From Eledone cirrhosa (Eukaryota): DNA of 64,000 nucleotides. This document shows positions 57,087 to 64,000 of the stretch, one piece after another. The translations under genes and the position numbers were made by a program. A model generated the notes under the pieces. That model was not told the origin of the DNA and did no database searches. It saw only the letters and a list, made by a program, of their open reading frames with translations. Numbering within the stretch: the stretch's first letter is position 1; every line of letters begins with the position of its first letter. The stretch is taken from positions 265,918,001-265,982,000 of the forward strand of contig OZ024742.1 of the NCBI GenBank assembly GCA_964016885.1, given 5' to 3'.

Positions 57087-57717
57087 GCTGGCGTTGTGCC
57101 TAAAGTAGAAACAATTATTTTATATTATTATATTTTATTATCTTATTATAATTTTCATCTTTTAATATACTATCCTTCCTAATTATGACCATTATTTTAC
57201 CTATCTATATTTATCCTGGTTATCTCTGTATATTTTATATTTACTTATTTATATTCACCTAAAAATTCCATACAACACAACTCAACATTTAATTTTTACA
57301 TTCCTTTTTAAACTTAACTCCACCATCTACATTCAACTATCAATATAACAATCCCTTTTTCTTCATAGGTTCCTTATAGTAATTATATTTTTAACGCCAT
57401 TCAACCATTCCTTTCAAAGGGTCATTACCTCAACTAAAGTGAGTTATTTTTCATCTTAACATCATATGGGGAAAAAAGAATTTCCAAATAAGGTCATAGA
57501 ACTCAATTTACTATTGATTTTGAATAAAATTCTCATTGCTTTTGACAACGGTTGATGATATACATGTAAGTAAATATATTCCTTATCTGATATTTTGTAA
57601 CTAACTCTACATAGATCGATAAAGAAATATGCGTACGATGTATTATTATCACCTAGAAACGATCGTAAAGCAGTGAAGTATATTTCTAAGATTTGAATTT
57701 TTATTTCATTGTTTTAA

Positions 57718-57720
<3 letters not shown>
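54680..57720 (+). mobile_element. Naiad-type PLE, 5'-truncated at (TA)n; RT + GIY-YIG with one in-frame TGA and a late frameshift
   Basis: Motifs ISKKIVDRIIPQI, FIQFDIDSYY, ITMGSMDS, LYRDDC and FLDV. After TGA (56078-56080) the same frame gives CNCRNRSVCPLNGNCL...VIYKC...YIGSTSNTFKKRY. The 3' boundary is approximate. Confidence 0.88.
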
Positions 57721-57771
<51 letters not shown>

Positions 57772-57997
57772 GTGGTAGTTTACTTGAAGCATTGAGAAAT
57801 ATGGGATCCAAATACAAATAGGAAATAAATTTGGTTATTTGCAAGCCCGACAATGAGTGTTTGGTAAAAATGAGAAGATAATAAGAAAGAAGAAGAAAAA
57901 AGAACACAGTGAAATACAGTTAAAGAGTGTATTTGGGAGCATTAAAAATTGCAATTTTTAATGCTCCCAAATATCTTCGGATTTGCCATCCATTATC

Positions 57998-58238
57998 ATA
58001 GTGTGTGACTTACGACCTTAATGTCGTGGGTTCGATTCCTGAGCTGGGATGTGTGTTGTGTCTTGAGCAAACCACTTACTCCGCTAAAAATGAGCTCCTG
58101 CAATAGCTGAGAGGTTAACTCTGCGATGGACTGGCGTCCTTTCCAGGAGAACTCTTGTACTCTGTCGCTTCACGCCACGAAACCGGGATAAGCACCGATC
58201 TGACGAGTCTCCTGGATTGAGATACAATTTAGACTAGA
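57998..58238 (+). mobile_element. SINE family A
   Basis: Similar to 14127-14408. Confidence 0.75.
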
Positions 58239-59006
58239 CATCCATTTGGACAAGTTATATTAGCCTCTGAGTCGCATTACTTTCCATTATATTATAAATG
58301 GGGTGCTTTAGTTGCTTAATCATACATGAACAGACTCGAACGCTGAGTACCCAGCTTCTGCAACACCTATGCATTCTTCACTAGATGGGTGGATGGTATA
58401 CTCATCCTCACATCCTCCTGTCAGAATGCCAATTGGATATTGGAGTCTTGCAACAACGCTGACGGAAACATCAGGTTCAGTGTGGTACATCCCTCCGACT
58501 CCGGGTCTTCCGCTCTGCTCCACTTCAGACTGAACATCACCGAAATCGGGGAAATCAACACCGATTTCTACCTCAAAATGCAGCGACGCTACAAATAAAG
58601 CCACCCATATCAGATGGTTCCACAGGGTGTTAAATATCAATGGCTACCCAGCTTCTTTCTCTATCCCACACTGAAACCCCAGACCTAGAGTCTGGACATT
58701 CGCAAACAATAGTTGCTTCCTCAAGATCCCACATCTCAACGAAGAGACTACCAAGGCTATACTCAGAGCTATCAGGAGAGAGGGCCTCAATATCAGGCTG
58801 GTTCACTCGGAAACTTGCCTACGAAGATGCCTATCAACAAGACAACCCCCAGTGAAGATATCAGATGCACCCTATGATAGATTATTGGGAACAGTGACTT
58901 CAAGACAAACTTATAAACTCCAATGAAACATGTAAATACTAGAAATAAATCCTACTGTATTGCTAATACGTGTAAATCTTTATTTATCTATTTGTATATA
59001 CGTATA

Positions 59007-59235
59007 TGATTGAGGAAGGAGCTAATGACGTCACACACTAGATGATTGAGGAAGGAAGGTGCGATGACATCACGCATTAGAGATAACTGAGGGGGGAAGG
59101 GTGATGACGTCAGGCACTACAGATGACTGAGGAAGGAAGGGATGATGACATCACGCACTAGAGAAGACTGAAGAAGGAAGGGTGGTGACCTCACGCACTA
59201 GAGATAACCGAGGAAGGAAGGGGTGATGACAAACT
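59007..59235 (+). repeat. About 39 bp minisatellite, about 6 units
   Basis: Approximate unit AGATGACTGAGGAAGGAAGGGTGATGACATCACGCACT. Confidence 0.85.
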
Positions 59236-59684
59236 ACAGAAAACAGCGTCCAGCATTCACTACAATTGTGTGTATTATCTACATACACACACGCACACAC
59301 ATATACACATACACGTCAGCGTGTTGAAGAAAATTCTAGAATATATATATTAAGGTTTTGGCTCCAGCATAGCTGTATACATACACGTATGTAAAGTTTG
59401 TATATCGAATGATATGCGATATCTTTACGAATAGACATTTGAAAGCCTTTACCTATGAATTTTAAAGGTGATGACGGCGCTATCTACTGAGTTACAGCGA
59501 AATCAAGGGGGTAGGAAGTAGGCGACAGGTGTTTGTGCTGGCTGTTTGACCACTGTGAAGACTGCGTACCCTTTACCTCACTTCCTACTGGAACTCAAAT
59601 AAGCCGTAATATATATATAGTTTTGTATTTGCTTGGCAGATTCTTGATGTAAAATGGTGCGCTGAAACAATTATTTTGGGCGGA

Positions 59685-60392
59685 TATTATTGCTTATAAA
59701 AGCACACGCACACCAGTTGAGTTCCACTTCAGTTTATTATTAGTTAGGTAACTAATTAGTTCAGTAACCGAGTGATTGTTTAATTGTTAATTGTCAAAGC
59801 TTTCGTCACACATCCTGTGACCTTCTCTGCCTCTGCTTTATTCTTATTGTGTTTTATTTACTCCATCTTGTTCTTTTGTGATGTTAATGTTGTCTGTGCA
59901 AGTGTGTATGTATGCATGCAGTGTTGTGTGCTGCTACTTCTACGAGCTTCTGTTTTGGGCATGTGTATGCATGTTCATGTATATATGTGTCTGCGCATGT
60001 ATGTGTGTCATTGTGTTCTGTTTCTCCTCCACGATTTTGTGCGTCTGTGTGTGTCATTTTTTTCTTTTTTCTCATGTCTGTCTCGCCGGTTATTGGGTAT
60101 TTGCTATTCTATTTTTGTATTCTGTTGGAGGATGTGTTATGTCCGTCTCTGTATTATTTTAGATATTTTCATGTGGGTCCAATTATTGTCCCCAGTCGCT
60201 AGATTGTGGGATTGTTTTTATTCCATTCAAACTTTCTATTGAGAATAGGCTTACATTTTGGTGGATGTGTGGCTTCCTTAATCTGTCTGAGCAAATCACC
60301 CGGTTACTAAACTAACAAATGAATGGGTTAGTTACTTGACTAGAAAAAAATGAAGTGAAACTCAACTGATGCATGTATTTTTATTGGCAGTA
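59685..60392 (-). mobile_element. Old PLE-like remnant with diverged inverted termini and a decayed hammerhead-like motif
   Basis: About 59690-59777 is imperfectly mirrored at about 60293-60392. The minus strand at 59790-59830 reads ...GAGAAG-GTCACA ggatg TGTGAC-GAAA-GCTT. Confidence 0.45.
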
Positions 60393-60415
60393 AAAGCTTC
60401 TCAGAGTAAAACTAG

Positions 60416-60507
<92 letters not shown>

Positions 60508-60511
<4 letters not shown>

Positions 60512-60720
60512 AATTAGTATATCTACCAACATATCTATACAGATGTATACCTATGCTAGCAAATATATATGTCATGTCTTAGTAACTTTGTGGTTCTATG
60601 CAAGGGGATGCATAACAATTATATGAAAGACGTAAAATAAGAAAATTTATAAAATTAACTTACTAAAACTTTAGTAAGTAAGTTAATTTTATAAATTTTC
60701 TTATTTTACGTCTTTCATAT
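60508..60720 (-). mobile_element. Family-F copy ending in a roughly 100 bp fold-back
   Basis: Homologous to 28833-28949 and 28411-28460. 60621-60666 is mirrored at about 60670-60720. Confidence 0.8.
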
Positions 60721-61019
60721 ATATATATATATATATATTCTATCAATCAGTCGACGGAACAGCCCGCTCGTGGAATCAATGTGCAAGTGGCTGAATATTC
60801 CACAGTCACGTGCATCCTTAACATAACTCTCAATAAGAATCAAGTGTGACAACGCTGGGCTTTTTTGTGCAACTTTGTCTTTTGTTCTTGTTCTTGTTTT
60901 TTTTTTTTGCGGCTGAGTGGACATAAGCAACAAAAAGAACACAACACACTATCGGGAAACGAACTTTTAGCCTTCCGATCGTGAACCGAACACCCTAACC
61001 ACTAAGCCACGCGTCTTCA

Positions 61020-61275
61020 CACATACATACATACATACATACATGCATACATGCATACATACATACATACATACATACATACATACATACATACATACAT
61101 GCATGCATACATACATACATACATACATACATACATACATACATACATACATACATACATGCATGCATACATACATACATACATACATGCATGCATGCAT
61201 GCATGCATGCATACATACATACATACATACATACATACATACATACATACATACATACATGCATACATACATACA
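61020..61275. repeat. (CATA)n tetranucleotide repeat
   Basis: Read directly. It lies next to a SINE head at 60969-61019 (-). Confidence 0.97.
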
Positions 61276-61534
61276 TGTGTGCATACATTACACACAAAGT
61301 AGCGGTGTGATCAAACGTGGTATATACGGGTAGGTAAACAGATAGCTGTATCACCCTCACCACACTAGTTCCCCCCTCCGTTGTAGTTAGCATCCCACCA
61401 CCACACCGTCTCTAACTACCCCAACCTGTACTCTTCATTTTTACTGTTTATTTATAGTTATCTGTGTTTTTGCTACATTTTTCTTATTTCTTCGGATTTA
61501 TTTATTTCTAACGTTGTTATTTATGTGAGTGTTT

Positions 61535-61635
61535 TGTGTGTCTATGTCTATGTGTATGTGTATGCGTGTGTGCACGTACGTGTGTGTGTACACGTACGTG
61601 TGTGTGTGTGGGTGTATGTGTGGGTGTGTGAGTGG

Positions 61636-61727
<92 letters not shown>

Positions 61728-61747
61728 ACGTACGTGTGGGTGTGGGG

Positions 61748-61787
<40 letters not shown>

Positions 61788-61812
61788 ACGTACGTGTGTG
61801 TGTGTGTGTGCG
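61535..61812. repeat. (TG)n compound microsatellite
   Basis: Read directly from the sequence. Confidence 0.97.
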
Positions 61813-61991
61813 TGCGTTGTGTTTTGTTGTTTCAATAAATCTTCATGTCAAAAGCTAAGTGTCACACAGCTATCCATTTCAGTGACCTCCTAACTGTCTT
61901 TTGACATGAACCACTCAATATATACATATATATATATATGCACACATACACACACACGCACGCATGCACACACACACACACACACACACAT

Positions 61992-62065
<74 letters not shown>

Positions 62066-62106
62066 GTGTGTATATATTTATGTGTGTGTGTGTGTGTGTG
62101 TATTAT

Positions 62107-62212
<106 letters not shown>

Positions 62213-62273
62213 TTATACACATATAGACATACATACATACATACATACATACATACATACATACATACATACA

Positions 62274-62304
<31 letters not shown>

Positions 62305-62640
62305 GTATGTATAGGTGAGGTGTCGGGGGGATGGTACGATGACAAAATGTGACACTGATCTTTTAACATGAACTGCTCAATATATATATATATATCCACC
62401 CGAGTCGAGGTGTCGGGTGGATGGCACAATGACAAAATGTGACACTGATCTTTGACTTTCACTCAAACTGATCTCATATTGCAACATCTCTTTATCTTTG
62501 CCTACGCATCAATCAATCTGTCGGTCAATCTATCTATTTATCCCTCTATTTGGCTATTTACCTATACGTTTATCTATTATCTCTCTGCTAACCTACCTAT
62601 CTGTCTATCTGTCTACCTTTCTTTCCATTCTTCGTTCACC

Positions 62641-62677
<37 letters not shown>

Positions 62678-62679
<2 letters not shown>

Positions 62680-62820
62680 AACGAGTAGGACCCCGACGGC
62701 TGAGCTCAAGCCGTTTCGACGGCTAATTTTGGACTCGTTCCTATTACCCACTCTACTACCCTAAGTATTGAGTCCTTTGGTGCGTTATGGTCCACCTGGT
62801 TCCTTACCACATTTCCTTCG

Positions 62821-62824
<4 letters not shown>
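62678..62824 (+). mobile_element. Palindrome-family member with a single arm joined to the 3' tail
   Basis: The left arm GGAACGAGTAGGACCCCGACGGCTGAGCTCAAGCCGTTTCGACGGCTAATTTTGGACTC is fused via ACTC to GTTCCTATTACCC... It lies within (TA)n. Confidence 0.85.
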
Positions 62825-62856
<32 letters not shown>

Positions 62857-62990
62857 ATCTACCTACCTATTTGCTTATCTATCTAGTTAACTAGCTCTGT
62901 TTGTGTATTTACCTATCTGTTTGTCTTTTTATTTTATATGTATAAACGCGCACATACACACATACGCACACGTGCATATACACCTATATA

Positions 62991-63091
<101 letters not shown>

Positions 63092-63098
63092 TTTTATA

Positions 63099-63830
63099 TT
63101 AGCAGAAGATCTCCTGGAGTTGCCCGGGTAATGAATATACAGAAACATTGTTTTTGTGAAACGTAAACGATTCAATAGCAACTTTTAGGTACACTTCTTT
63201 ATTTTTGTAAAGCATGTATACATTTGAAGATTTTCAGTCTTCTATTATGTGTGAAGCTTTTAAGAATGTGATAATTGTTAATTTTAATTTTATTGCATAA
63301 GAGAATTATATATTTATTTTGTGTTGTGTACGTTATCTTTTATGTCTACATTGATATGGCACACATAAAACAGAATCATTTCTATCAGAAATGATTATTA
63401 GTCAGCAAAAACCCTAGTTTAGACAGCATTTTGTTTTCTGTGGTTTGGTGTTCTGATGAAAAGATTGATGCTTACCCCAAAAAGTGAGCGTATAATATGG
63501 AATTAAATGTGTGAAACATGGACTCATCAGTTCAATTCCGGCAACCTTAACTGATTGTCTCTGTGACGTTTTGATGGTCATAGAAAATAACAGTATCACA
63601 GAAAAGTGGAGGCGCTTGAATTGAAATGGTATATTTGGTGGGATGAGAAGTCATGGAATGAAACCAAGCAGTTATAATGGTGACTTTGATTATATAGGAT
63701 AAAGGATTTTTGACAGCTAATCTTATACCATTACAGACTTCAGCTACATCTACATCCCGTAACAAGATTTTGATATGGATCACCAATAGGTTTAAAAGAA
63801 TTGAGAAAATCCTTTGAATAGTTGATATCA
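63099..63830 (-). mobile_element. Helitron 3' remnant (Pif1-like helicase C-terminus and terminal hairpin)
   Basis: Peptides LLRDVD...CNGIRLAV and FSMTIKTSQRQSVKVAGIELMSPCFTH. The end reads ACCCGGGCAACTCCAGG...CTGCTAAT. Confidence 0.8.
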
Positions 63831-64000
63831 TTAACCCCAGCTACTGTCCCAACTAATTTGTATTTCTGAATTTGTTTGTCAGAATTTGTTTGAAGGTGGT
63901 ATTAATACCATGTAATTTTAGGAAGCCAAGATAACACGCGTAGAAAGCCATTCATGGTTTTTGCGATTATGTGAGAGGTTAGGATAAAGTTTCAATAGCC

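Noticed and set aside
57580-57675. Hammerhead at the 3' end of the 54680 PLE (CTGATAT...GAAACGATCGTA)
   Set aside because: A palindromic helix III is present, but the core and helices I and II do not fit.
58320-58960. Higher-complexity ORFs as a host exon
   Set aside because: No recognisable domain or clear splice context. It is probably a decayed repeat and remains unresolved.

Overview
AT-rich animal genomic DNA with no recognisable host gene. The repeat families and very dense (TA)n/(CA)n/(GA)n microsatellites suggest an octopus or other cephalopod (inference). Nearly all I/Y-, H/T- and C/V-rich ORFs are microsatellite artefacts. The window is packed with transposable elements: a near-intact APE-RT LINE of the CR1/L2 group, Tx1-like L1 remnants, a Dong/R4 element beside (TAA)n, Naiad-type Penelope-like elements (PLEs; RT plus C-terminal GIY-YIG) with tail-out inverted terminal repeats, a non-coding LTR element, mariner, Merlin and Helitron remnants, and two tRNA-derived SINE families. 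The main non-obvious signal is RNA-structural. About a dozen type I hammerhead ribozyme motifs, from families with unrelated flanks, can be folded by eye in PLE termini and in short non-coding retrozyme-like units next to (TA)n. Several long palindromes look like half-hammerheads folded back at helix II, and other inversion or truncation points fall in the palindromic helix III. This suggests that ribozyme structure directs snap-back or template switching during insertion. All calls were made by eye, without database searches or folding software.
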